64,000 nt of DNA. Source: Candidatus Multivoradales bacterium (GTDB lineage: Bacteria > Acidobacteriota > Thermoanaerobaculia > Multivoradales > J023). The stretch's first letter is position 1. Each line of letters opens with the position of its first letter. The notes beneath the pieces were generated by a model. It was not told the DNA's origin. It saw only the letters and a list, made by a program, of their open reading frames with translations, and did no database searches. The stretch lies in NCBI GenBank assembly GCA_965248925.1, contig CBDFLE010000006.1, positions 928,001 through 992,000 on the forward strand, read 5' to 3'. This document shows, one piece after another, positions 45,223 to 54,759 of this stretch. The translations under genes were made by a program, and so were the position numbers.

Positions 45223-46112
45223 CATTCCCCACCTCGTCTGGCCTCGTACGGGTCCGGTACAAAAACGATGCCGTAGGACTCGAAAACGACCCCGTCCCGG
45301 GCTCCCTTCCCTCGGAATTGAAGCTGAGTGAGCCATTGACCATAGTCGTCGGCGATCTCCTTTCGAGTCGGCGCATCCATCCCTCGAGGCGGCAGCCGAA
45401 AACCCCAATTCACACAGTAGATCGCCAGGTCTGCGGCCTGGACCGGGTAGGTCATGTCAGAGGAGACGAAAAACGGCGCCGGGACGATCCACGCCGACCG
45501 ATAGCGGCCCGTCTTCGTTCTCCGGAAGTATCCCTGGAGGCGGCGGACGAAGCGGCGGTCCTCAGCCTTTTCCACTTCGTCCATCACCAGCAGACCGTGC
45601 TGTTTTTCCTGCTCCAGGAGATAGAAGTAGCGCTCGAGAAGGAAGACCTGATCCTTGCGAAGGTACTCCTCCGCCTTGAATGTGTCTGGCTTGATGACGC
45701 TGCGCGGGATCGCGGCGGCAAATAATTGAGCTTTGTGTTGTCTGAGCAGCTCAAAGATCCCCGTCGCCATCTCCAGGGACGCCTGTCCGTAAGCCGTGAA
45801 CTCCACCCGCAGCGGCGGCTTCTTCTCCAGCCCCTTGGTGAGAAATCCCCGGCAATGCTTGCGGCGCTCCTCGTCAGGCATCCTCGACCCCTGGGCCGCC
45901 CACTTGTAGCGATCCTTGTCCAAGAGCTTGCAGCCCTTGAGTTCCGTCCGGAACTGATGCAGCGTGGTCCCGAAGGAGTCCAGCTCCAGACGCTGCATGT
46001 CCTGTACAAATGACCACAGCTCCGAAGCATGCAACGCCACACCGCCCCTAACCTCGTAGGGCATGGTCCGGTGGTCGTGACCGCTCTCATCCAGGAAAAG
46101 CAAATAGCTCAT
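45222..46112 (-). CDS. DUF3800 family protein
   Basis: YLLFLDESG, ELKG, LVMDE, VQAADL acidic motifs. Confidence 0.88.
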   Translation of the reverse strand: MSYLLFLDESGHDHRTMPYEVRGGVALHASELWSFVQDMQRLELDSFGTTLHQFRTELKGCKLLDKDRYKWAAQGSRMPDEERRKHCRGFLTKGLEKKPPLRVEFTAYGQASLEMATGIFELLRQHKAQLFAAAIPRSVIKPDTFKAEEYLRKDQVFLLERYFYLLEQEKQHGLLVMDEVEKAEDRRFVRRLQGYFRRTKTGRYRSAWIVPAPFFVSSDMTYPVQAADLAIYCVNWGFRLPPRGMDAPTRKEIADDYGQWLTQLQFRGKGARDGVVFESYGIVFVPDPYEARRGGE

Positions 46113-46396
46113 CCGGCGATCTCCAAGGGCTCCTCGATCTCATCCTCGGCGACGCTGAAATCATAGAGCTGGGCGATCCCCGGATAGCGTAGCCGGGTCG
46201 CCACCTGCGCCTTGCGCAAGAAACGGGCCTGCAGATCAGGATCCTCGCGAAACTGGGAGCGGATCATCTTGAGCACCCGCAGTTCATCGAGAAAGACATG
46301 GCGAACCTTATACACCGCCCCCATACCGCCCTCGCCCATCTTGGCGACGACCTCGTACTTGTGCTCGATTTCCGGGCTCAGGTGAAGCTCAGTCAA
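46109..46396 (-). pseudogene. Truncated duplicate of the kinase 5' end (first ~85 codons)
   Basis: Near-identical protein to the start of 44952-42970 with mostly synonymous DNA differences; its stop overlaps the DUF3800 ATG. Confidence 0.85.
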
Positions 46397-46813
46397 GGTG
46401 CCAAGCCCCTCGATCGGCGGTCGATACCGCCACCCGTTTCGCTCTCAGCGGTTGCACCTAATTCGGGATTCACTTGCATCCGCTTGCCGAAAGAGGATCA
46501 AGCCTCTGCAACATCAGGACGTTGTTGTGGGGAGGACGCTGCAATCGGCCGCGACTCTCAGCCAACTCTTGCTGGTCGCCATTCGGCACTGATCTCACAG
46601 ACTCCATCTTCGCCGGGCGCCGCATGGAGATCCGCCGAGTCACGACGGAACATCTCTGCAGATCACTGACGGTCTGGCGGGATGGGACTCGGTCTGGCGC
46701 ACAGCATAGATCTTCTCACGACCGAAGATCGCCTGCACGAGGAACCGATAGAGCGACAGTGATCGCCTCAAGACGGTGGCCGAGAGCGGCGCAGAGCACC
46801 CGCACAAGGCAAC

Positions 46814-46849
46814 AAAAAGCCGGCTGCACACCTGGTTGCAACCGGCTTT
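46814..46849 (-). terminator. Intrinsic terminator of the TonB receptor gene
   Basis: AAAGCCGGTTGCA-loop-TGCAGCCGGCTTTTT on the minus strand. Confidence 0.75.
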
Positions 46850-46868
46850 CGAGGCTCCAGCGAACTTC

Positions 46869-49313
46869 CTAGAACCTGAAGTTGCCCCGCAGGTACCAGG
46901 AGCCACCCTCGTAGTTGGCGGCACTGCGCCGGGGATATTGCAGGCCAACGCTCTGACGGTTGGCAAAGGGGGCATTGATCTCCTCGACGAATTCGTCGAA
47001 GACATTGATCGCCCCGACGGCAATGCCGACGTGCTGATTGACCTGGAAGCCAAGCTCAAGATCGATGTAAACGGTTGCCCCGATTTCTGCGGACGGCGAG
47101 CTGGATGCGCCGATGCGGCCGCGTTCGTCGAAGTGCTTGCCGTAGTAGTTGGCCCGAGCCAGCAGATTCCAATCTTCACCCAAACTGGTATTGGCGGTCA
47201 GCACCAGGCGCTCGTTGGGGTAGTTGTTCTCGATGTCCTCGATGATCCCTTCGCTGACCGGATTGACTCCCGAGACCAGAGACTGATCGACCACGTCGAC
47301 CTCGTTGTAGCTAAACGCCAAGACCCAGCTGGTATCAATGGTCGGTGACCAGTCGAAACCAGACGTCAGAACAATATCGAGACCTTGCGACTCGACATCC
47401 AGAGCGTTGGTGTAGAACGAAATAGTCTGACCCTCGGTGTCAGGGACTGCAATGTCGCCAGTGCGGTAAATCCGGTCGTCGACCTCGATCTTGTAGGCGT
47501 CGACGGTCAGTGTCGTTCTGTCGCTGAAGCTATTCGAGAAGCCGAAGCTGAAGTTCAGTGACGTTTCCTCGGTTAGTGCCTTGCCGCCGACCGCCGCCAC
47601 CAACGGGCTGGTGGAAGGCACCAAACCTTCTTCGACCTGCAATCCGGTCACCCCGTCAAAGGTGGTGATGGTGGTGCGCACGTTAGCCTGGCCGGGGGTC
47701 GGTGCGTGGAAACCGGTCGACACCGCGCCGCGCAAGGTCAGCGAGGAATTGACCGAATAGCGCGAAGCGATCTTCCAATTCACCGTGCTGCCAAAGTCGG
47801 AGAAGTCCTCGAATCGCAGAGCGTACTGCATCAAGAAGTCGTCGCTGATGTCGTGCTCCACATCGACATAGAGTGCGATGTTGTCGCGATCAAAGGTGCC
47901 GGCATCGTCAAGACTGATGCCTTTTAGGCCATTGGATCCGGCGCCTAGAAACGAGTTGGGCTCGCCGGCTATCGCAATGTAGGTCTCTTCCCGCCATTCG
48001 GCGCCAAAGGCCAAGTTTATCTTGTCGCTGAGCGGCTTGGAGAAGTCGGCATTCAGATTCAGCTCCTCTTGCCGATAGCCACCAGCATCGAAGTCTCGCT
48101 GCGCCGGCTGGCCGTTGCTCAGACCCAGATCTGGATTGATTGTGTTGTTGAGGGTGTAGTCGAGTTCGTTCTCGCCGTAGCTAATACTGAAGTCGAAGGT
48201 GGTGTTTCCAGCGAACACGCCGGTGAGCCCGGTGACCAAGCTCAAGTCGGTCTGCTCACCATCGAGAAAGGGGGTGTAGCCCGCTTGCAAGCCGGTGAAC
48301 CCTTGCTCGCGCAACGGCACCAAGCTCGAATGCTGGGGATTGCGATAGAAGAACCGGTAGCGGCCGTCGGTTTTGGCGTAGTTGCTCTGGAAGTAGAGGA
48401 AGGTGCTCTCGGTCGGGTTGAAGCCGGAGTTGAGAAAGAAGCGAGTGCCCTGAGTTTCCGGCCGGCCCCAAGTTTGCACCAGGGGCGTATCACCGAAGGG
48501 TGCATCGGCACCGACGCCCTGGACCCCAGCATCGATTAGAGCCTGCGCGTCAGGGCGCTGTACGCCCCGCGACAGAGCATCGTTATCGACATGCTCGATG
48601 CTGAGATTGACAAAACCGGTCTCACCGAGCGAGAAGCCGCCGTTGGCGGCAACCTTGAGCGAATTCTCACCCTCGTAGTGCTGACCAAACTGAACCTGGA
48701 CTTCAGAACCCTGGGAGGCATCCTTCATTTTGAAGTTGATCACTCCGGCGATGGCATCCGAGCCATATTGGGCGGCGGCACCATCGCGCAACACCTCTAC
48801 TCGCTCGACGGCGATACCAGGCAACATGCCAACATCGACGCCATGCGCGCCATTACCCGCCGCCGGGGCAAAGAATTGCACCAAGGCCGAGCGGTGGCGG
48901 CGCTTGCCGTTGACCAAAACCAAGGTTTGATCCGGCGCCGTGCCGCGCAGCGAGGTGGGGCGAACAAAAGCACTGCCATCACCGGTAGCAGGGGTCGCGG
49001 TGTAGGAAGGCACCAAGGCCTTAAGGTTGTCTGTGAGATCGGCCGTATTGCCCATGGCGTTGAATTCTTCTGCCGAGATGATGTCGACGGGCACCGGCGA
49101 ATCGGCTACTGAGCGGGGCTTGGTGCTGCGCGAGCCGAGCACGACGATCTCATCTGAGAAGTCCTCCTGCTCCTCGGCAACAACTTCTTCCGCCGTGTCC
49201 TCGGCCGCTGAAGCGGCCGCATCTTCCTCTGGCTGGGCGATCAAGGCCTGGGCCATCAATACCGCACCGGCAGTGGTCGCCGCCGACAAAAACTTCCAGG
49301 TTCTTCTGTTCAT
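46869..49313 (-). CDS. TonB-dependent receptor
   Basis: Signal peptide, TonB box EIVVLGSR, plug (LVLVNGKRRH, EVLRDGAAAQYGSDAIAGVIN), C-terminal F. Confidence 0.95.
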   Translation of the reverse strand: MNRRTWKFLSAATTAGAVLMAQALIAQPEEDAAASAAEDTAEEVVAEEQEDFSDEIVVLGSRSTKPRSVADSPVPVDIISAEEFNAMGNTADLTDNLKALVPSYTATPATGDGSAFVRPTSLRGTAPDQTLVLVNGKRRHRSALVQFFAPAAGNGAHGVDVGMLPGIAVERVEVLRDGAAAQYGSDAIAGVINFKMKDASQGSEVQVQFGQHYEGENSLKVAANGGFSLGETGFVNLSIEHVDNDALSRGVQRPDAQALIDAGVQGVGADAPFGDTPLVQTWGRPETQGTRFFLNSGFNPTESTFLYFQSNYAKTDGRYRFFYRNPQHSSLVPLREQGFTGLQAGYTPFLDGEQTDLSLVTGLTGVFAGNTTFDFSISYGENELDYTLNNTINPDLGLSNGQPAQRDFDAGGYRQEELNLNADFSKPLSDKINLAFGAEWREETYIAIAGEPNSFLGAGSNGLKGISLDDAGTFDRDNIALYVDVEHDISDDFLMQYALRFEDFSDFGSTVNWKIASRYSVNSSLTLRGAVSTGFHAPTPGQANVRTTITTFDGVTGLQVEEGLVPSTSPLVAAVGGKALTEETSLNFSFGFSNSFSDRTTLTVDAYKIEVDDRIYRTGDIAVPDTEGQTISFYTNALDVESQGLDIVLTSGFDWSPTIDTSWVLAFSYNEVDVVDQSLVSGVNPVSEGIIEDIENNYPNERLVLTANTSLGEDWNLLARANYYGKHFDERGRIGASSSPSAEIGATVYIDLELGFQVNQHVGIAVGAINVFDEFVEEINAPFANRQSVGLQYPRRSAANYEGGSWYLRGNFRF

Positions 49314-49434
49314 CTCTCCCTCTTCCTTTGGTCCTTCGTCGTTAACGTCGGCACGGCAGCACTACGCTGTCCTCGGGCTGTCCCCGGCTCTCGTCCGCAA
49401 GCTTGATGGAGTAACGGGGACAGTGTAGCATGCC

Positions 49435-49472
49435 GTTTCACTGACCGGAACTAGGTTTCACTAGATGAGATC
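49435..49472. promoter_or_regulatory. Putative IclR operator pair
   Basis: GTTTCACTGACCGGAAC and GTTTCACTAGATGAGATC in tandem, overlapping the IclR start. Confidence 0.45.
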
Positions 49473-50283
49473 AAATCCCAAACCGCCGCGATCTGGCAGG
49501 CCTACCGCGCAGCCCTACCGCGTCGAAGCACTAGCTCGGGGGCTCGATATCTTGTCGCAGTTTGACCGCGCCACTCCTGACCTCTCGTTGGCCGAGATCG
49601 CCATCGCCACCAGCCTCAGTAAGTCGACGGTATTTCGTCTCGTCAGAACTCTGCTAGAAGCGGGCTATCTCTCCCGCAACGCGGATACTCAGCGATACCG
49701 ACCGGGTCTCAAGGTGCTCGAGTTGGGGTTTACCGCCCTATCCAATCTTGGTATTCAGGAGGTCGCGCGTCCCTTCCTCGAGCAGCTCTCCCAGGAGGCC
49801 GACGAAACCGCCAGTCTGAGCTTGCTGGATGGCCTGGAGGTGGTCTACATCGACCGGGTGCGCAATCGATCGATCGTCGGCGTGGTGCTCGGGCTGGGGT
49901 CGCGTATTCCGGCTCACTGCGCCTCGATGGGCAAAGTGATGCTGGCCCACCTACCCGAAGACCGAATCTCTACCCTGCTGCAGGACGGTGATTTGTCTCC
50001 CTGCACCGCCCACAGTCAGATCGACGTGGCTGCCCTGGGCCGCGAGTTCGCGCAGATACGTTGCCGTGGCTACGCCCTCAACGATCAGGAGCTAGAGATT
50101 GGCCTGCGCGCGGTGGCCGCTCCCATCTGGGATCACGAGCGGCAAGTGGTGGCGGCGATCAACGCCACCGGCAATGTACGGACCATCTCCCGCCGCCGGC
50201 TGGTGAAGGAGCTGGCGCCGCAGGTGGTCAAAGCGGCACAGGGGATTTCGCAAGCGCTCGGCTATGCCCCGGAGCGAGCATGA
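49465..50283 (+). CDS. IclR-family regulator (PcaR/PcaU-like)
   Basis: VEALARGLDIL, LSKSTVFRL, PAHCASMGKVMLA, GLRAVAAPI. Confidence 0.93.
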   Translation: MRSNPKPPRSGRPTAQPYRVEALARGLDILSQFDRATPDLSLAEIAIATSLSKSTVFRLVRTLLEAGYLSRNADTQRYRPGLKVLELGFTALSNLGIQEVARPFLEQLSQEADETASLSLLDGLEVVYIDRVRNRSIVGVVLGLGSRIPAHCASMGKVMLAHLPEDRISTLLQDGDLSPCTAHSQIDVAALGREFAQIRCRGYALNDQELEIGLRAVAAPIWDHERQVVAAINATGNVRTISRRRLVKELAPQVVKAAQGISQALGYAPERA

Positions 50284-51530
50284 GCGAACCACCGGACGCG
50301 GCTGCCCAGGGAGCCCTTTCCGGTATTCGCATCCTCGACCTGTCGCGAGTCCTCGCCGGCCCCTACTGCTCCATGGTGCTGGCCGACTATGGCGCCGAGG
50401 TGATCAAGGTCGAGAAGCCTGGCAGCGGCGACGGCACCCGCCAGTGGGGGCCACCCTGGGTGGGCAGCGAGAGTGCCTATTTCTTGAGCGTCAACCGCAA
50501 CAAGAAGAGCATTACTCTGGATCTTAAACAAGCCGCCGGCCGGGACCTGGCGCGCCGCCTAGCGAAGCGCAGCGACGTGTTGATCGAAAACTTCAAGCCA
50601 CGCACCGCCGCGCGTCTAGGGCTCGGCTACCCTCGACTGTCCACCGACAATCCGGGCTTGATCTACTGCTCGATCAGCGGCTACGGCCAGAGCGGCCCCT
50701 ACAGTGATCGACCCGGCTACGACGCGATGATCCAAGCCCAAGGAGGCATCATGTCGATCACCGGTCCGCGGGATGGCGAACCGCACAAAGTCGGGGTGGC
50801 GATTGTCGACATCTCCGCCGGCCTGTTTGCCGCCACCGCGATCCTCGCCGCCCTGCACTCGCGCCAGCAAACCGGCACTGGTCAGCACATCGATGTGGCG
50901 TTGCTCGATTCGCAGGTCGCTTGGCTGGCCAACGTGGCGCAGAACTACTTGGCCACCGGCGACCCGCCCTCCCGCCACGGCAATGCTCATCCCAATATCG
51001 TGCCCTACGAGACCCTGCCCACAGCCGACGGCCAGCTGGCTTTGGCGGTCGGTAGCGACCAGCAGTACGAACGCTTCTGCCACGCCGCGGACCGCCCTGA
51101 TCTGTGGGCCGATCTGCGCTTTCGCAGCAACGACGGACGGGTCACTCACCGGCAGGAGCTAGTGCCCAAACTACGACGTCTACTCGCTTCCAAGCCAACC
51201 GCGGACTGGCTGCGACTGCTGCTGGCGGCGGACATTCCAGCCAGCGCGGTCAATGACATTCCGGCGGTGCTCGCTGACCCCCAGGTCCGAGCCCGCGGCA
51301 TGGTGCAGTCGGCCGAGCACCCCACCCTGGGCAAAATCGATCTCCTCGGCCCGGTGGCCAAGCTCTCCGCCACGCCAGCCACGGTGCGCTCCGCGCCACC
51401 GCTGTTGGGCGCCGATACCGAGGCGGTGCTCGGCGACCTCCTCGGCTGTAGCGCGGCCGAGTTGCAGGAGCTGGCAGGCCAAGGAGTCACCCAGCCACGG
51501 CAAGGCTCGGACCTGGAGGCTAAGTCGTGA
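50280..51530 (+). CDS. CaiB/BaiF class III CoA transferase
   Basis: ILDLSRVLAGP, NRNKKS, ENF, SGYGQSGP, GYD; ATGA-coupled to IclR. Confidence 0.93.
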   Translation: MSEPPDAAAQGALSGIRILDLSRVLAGPYCSMVLADYGAEVIKVEKPGSGDGTRQWGPPWVGSESAYFLSVNRNKKSITLDLKQAAGRDLARRLAKRSDVLIENFKPRTAARLGLGYPRLSTDNPGLIYCSISGYGQSGPYSDRPGYDAMIQAQGGIMSITGPRDGEPHKVGVAIVDISAGLFAATAILAALHSRQQTGTGQHIDVALLDSQVAWLANVAQNYLATGDPPSRHGNAHPNIVPYETLPTADGQLALAVGSDQQYERFCHAADRPDLWADLRFRSNDGRVTHRQELVPKLRRLLASKPTADWLRLLLAADIPASAVNDIPAVLADPQVRARGMVQSAEHPTLGKIDLLGPVAKLSATPATVRSAPPLLGADTEAVLGDLLGCSAAELQELAGQGVTQPRQGSDLEAKS

Positions 51531-52525
51531 GCGGTGCGTCCCCACCGGTTCCGCGCACTGCCGTCGACAACAGTGCCGAGCTGATCGTCCGGCGGCTGCT
51601 GGCGGTCCGCCGAGGTGAGCAAGTCGCTCTGGTCTGCGACGACGAGAGTGAGATGGCGATGGTGGAAGCCCTGGCCAGGGCGATCGACGCGGTGGCCGGC
51701 GAGTTCACCATATTGCGCCAGCCATCGCGCGACACCGCCCGCAAGAACGAACTCAGTCCGGTGATCGAGCGCGGCCTCGAAGCGGCCGACTGCCTGATCG
51801 GCCTGACCCGCTCGGGAGGCGCTCCAACTTACGCCAAATCGGTGAAACGCCTACTCGACGCCCGCCGCTTGCGCAGCATCTCGATGGTGATGCGCAGTCT
51901 CGACAACTTCACCAGCGGCGGCGCCCTCGCCGACTACGACGCTTTGCACGCCGATGGCCTGGCGCTAGCCAGCATCTGGCAGCAGGCCGAACGTATTCGT
52001 ATCACCTCACCGGCCGGCACCGACTTGCTGGCACCGATCGCTGGCGAAGAGGTGATCATCGAATGCGGCTTCGCCACTAGGCCGGGCCAGGAGGCCGCCT
52101 TCTCGGACGGCGAGGTCTCGCAGATGCCGCGCCAGAACGCCGCCCAAGGGATCGTGGTCGTCGATGGACCGATTGCCCACCTGGGACTGCCCGGCGCGCC
52201 GATCACCCTGCGCATCGAGGCCGGGCGAGTCGCCACGGTAGAGGGTAGCGACCCGGTGGCCAAGGCCTTGCGCCGGATCATCACCACTATCGACCACGCC
52301 GACAACATCGCCGAGATCGGTATCGGCCTCAACCCGGCCTGCCGCCGCAACGGCGATTTCGAAGAAGAGAAGAAGGCCCGCGGCAATGTCCACATCGCCA
52401 TTGGCGATAACGTTTTCTACGGCGGCGCGGTGGAGTGCGCCGTGCACATGGACATGGTGCTTTACCGTCCGACCGTCGTGCTTGATGATCGGGCGGTCGT
52501 GGTCGAAGGCGAATTGCTGGAGTAA
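51527..52525 (+). CDS. Aminopeptidase T (M29)/NicX-like metalloprotein
   Basis: SPAGTDL, DGEV, IAEIGIGLNP, EEEK, HIAIGDN, HMD. Confidence 0.75.
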   Translation: MSGASPPVPRTAVDNSAELIVRRLLAVRRGEQVALVCDDESEMAMVEALARAIDAVAGEFTILRQPSRDTARKNELSPVIERGLEAADCLIGLTRSGGAPTYAKSVKRLLDARRLRSISMVMRSLDNFTSGGALADYDALHADGLALASIWQQAERIRITSPAGTDLLAPIAGEEVIIECGFATRPGQEAAFSDGEVSQMPRQNAAQGIVVVDGPIAHLGLPGAPITLRIEAGRVATVEGSDPVAKALRRIITTIDHADNIAEIGIGLNPACRRNGDFEEEKKARGNVHIAIGDNVFYGGAVECAVHMDMVLYRPTVVLDDRAVVVEGELLE

Positions 52526-52549
52526 CCGCAAGGCGGCCACCCTCCGGAA

Positions 52550-52810
52550 CTCTCTGAGAAGGCTGGGGCCGAGCTCCAGAAAAAACACCTGGCGCACCCC
52601 TCCAAAGTCTGGCGCTCGGGTCATGCGCTGGTCGCCGGCCCCTTCGAGGTTCCGGAGGAGGATTCGCTGCGCGGCATCGTCCTCTACCGCGGAGATCTCG
52701 CTGAAGGCGAGGTGCGCGAGCTAGCAGAGGCCGACCCGGCGGTGCGCGCCGGCCGGCTGAAGGTAGAGATCCGCCGCTGATGGACTGGCGGCGGGGTGCT
52801 GCGTTTTCGC
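52550..52810 (+). pseudogene. YciI-family remnant (no start; TGA at a Trp position)
   Basis: LQKKHLAH...LVAGPF...LRGIVLY...EADPAVRAGRLKVEIRR*W. Confidence 0.7.
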
Positions 52811-52863
52811 AATGCGGAAGAGCTGGAGGCACTGCTCAAAGCCTGCGGCGGTGGCGACGAAAC

Positions 52864-53820
52864 CTAAGGACTCGGGGCTGGCGGCACCTTGCACTGGGCC
52901 CGGGGGGCCAGTACGGGCTGCCAAGAGCCATTCGAACACCCCGCGCTCAACACCACCACTACCGTCAAGGCGATCGCCAACAACAGCGCGCTGAGGCTTT
53001 GGTGGACGGCGTGAATCAGCGGAAAGCCAACCGGGGGAGGCCATGTTTCGCTGCTCGGCAGAGGTGCTTTGAGCATTGCCGCCATACCTAGCATCAGCTG
53101 TAGGATCGCCGCACTGAGCAATCCATAAACGCTCCACACGAGCGGCCCACGACGGCCTGAACTCGACACCCCGCCGAGCAGGAAGTTGATCCCACCCAGG
53201 ACTGCAAACGCCCCCATCACATGCAGGCCGAGGGCGATCAAATAGACCGAATCGGCCGGCGGATGGCGCACCACCGCACCCAGCAAGATCTGTAGCAGCA
53301 CCATGGCGAGCACCAGCCGCGCCCGTCGCCCTAGGCCCGCATCAGCCGGCGACCGCCAGCGAGTCGAGCTGGCGACGGCGACCAGCACAGTTCCCGAGAA
53401 GATCAGTTGCGAAAGCAGCACATGAAGAACCAACAGCAACGGCGGCAAGAAGTGCCACACCATCACACCGCCGAGGCCGATTTGCAGTAGATCTGCGACC
53501 AGCAGGGCAAAACCTAGACGGCGCAGCCAAGGCCGCGACCGGCAGCTGGCCAGGCGGCCAGCGAGCAGCAGGATCAACACCCCTGAGGATGCTGCCGCCA
53601 ACCGGTGCAGGCTGACCCAAGAAGCGTTGCCTTGCCAGGCCCACGGCAGCCAGCGACCGTAAGTCAGCGGCCAATCAGGTACCGCCAATCCGCCTCGAAA
53701 GCTGTGTACCCAGCTGCCGGCGACGATCACCGCCAGGGTCATCAAAGCTGCCGCCCAGGCCAGCAGCCCGGTCCAACCCTCCGACGGCAATGGGTTGGAG
53801 GCGCCCCCGCTGAGCGGCAT
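52864..53820 (-). CDS. COX15/CtaA (heme A synthase-like) membrane protein
   Basis: GLAVPDWP, HRLAA, QIGLGG, conserved TM His residues; GGAGG RBS. Confidence 0.8.
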   Translation of the reverse strand: MPLSGGASNPLPSEGWTGLLAWAAALMTLAVIVAGSWVHSFRGGLAVPDWPLTYGRWLPWAWQGNASWVSLHRLAAASSGVLILLLAGRLASCRSRPWLRRLGFALLVADLLQIGLGGVMVWHFLPPLLLVLHVLLSQLIFSGTVLVAVASSTRWRSPADAGLGRRARLVLAMVLLQILLGAVVRHPPADSVYLIALGLHVMGAFAVLGGINFLLGGVSSSGRRGPLVWSVYGLLSAAILQLMLGMAAMLKAPLPSSETWPPPVGFPLIHAVHQSLSALLLAIALTVVVVLSAGCSNGSWQPVLAPRAQCKVPPAPSP

Positions 53821-54092
53821 GGTGTCCTCCACAGGCGTCATTGGACGGTCTGCCGCTGAGCCGCCATGCCCCGCCAAAAGCTGCCGGCACAGCAGGTGCC
53901 AAGCCGTGGCAGAACGGCACGAGAGTTGCTGTTGCAGCCACCATGTTCTGGTTCAGACCGGCTCACTCGCCGCCGAGATCCGAAGTCTGGGGCTGATAAG
54001 CTGCAAGCTGGACTCGGCAAGACCGTCCAAGCTTCGAAGCTCGTCGCGCAACGCCCAAGGCGACGGACCATCAACATCCAAGGAGCGAAAGC

Positions 54093-54683
54093 ATGAATAT
54101 TCAACGGAGAGTTTCCACTCTGCCGATCATCCACGCCCTGACCACCCTCTGCTGTCTGACCTTGTGGGTCGCCATTCCGGCTACCGCTCAGCCTTTCGAC
54201 GATGGAGATTGGGAGGTCGCGGTCGATTTCGGCCTCACTGATTGGGACCGGAACGTCTCCAATGACGACTCCGGCACCCGCCTTGGCATCCGCGCGGGAC
54301 GCTTCATGACCGACCACTTCGAGCTCGAACTGCAGTACTTCGAGATGGAGGCGGACGAAGCCGGCGTCGACATCACGTCGAGTAACTTGTTCGTCAACGG
54401 AACGTGGAATTTCTACCCCAACCAGAGGCTGGGGCTTTACACCCTGCTTGGCCTCGGCTCCACTGACGTTGACGTCGAGTTCAGCGACCGCGGTCAGTTG
54501 TTTCGCGCCAGCGACAGCGGTTTTGCCTTTCAAGCCGCCATCGGCCTGCGTTTCTTCTTCGCCGATGAAGACCGCGGGAACTTCCGCCTGGAACTGTCGT
54601 CGTTGACCGAGGATTCTTTCAGCGCCACCTCGAGCCACCTCAGCCTGACCGCTGGCGTCGGTTGGCGTTTCGGCGGCTATTGA
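54093..54683 (+). CDS. Outer-membrane 8-stranded beta-barrel protein
   Basis: Signal peptide, amphipathic strands, AGVGWRF terminus. Confidence 0.85.
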   Translation: MNIQRRVSTLPIIHALTTLCCLTLWVAIPATAQPFDDGDWEVAVDFGLTDWDRNVSNDDSGTRLGIRAGRFMTDHFELELQYFEMEADEAGVDITSSNLFVNGTWNFYPNQRLGLYTLLGLGSTDVDVEFSDRGQLFRASDSGFAFQAAIGLRFFFADEDRGNFRLELSSLTEDSFSATSSHLSLTAGVGWRFGGY

Positions 54684-54759
54684 TCGCCGGCAGCCGACCG
54701 GCGCAGCGGAAGACCCGTAGGGCGGCTCGTCACCGCCCGGCGGCGCCCAACGCCTTCGT

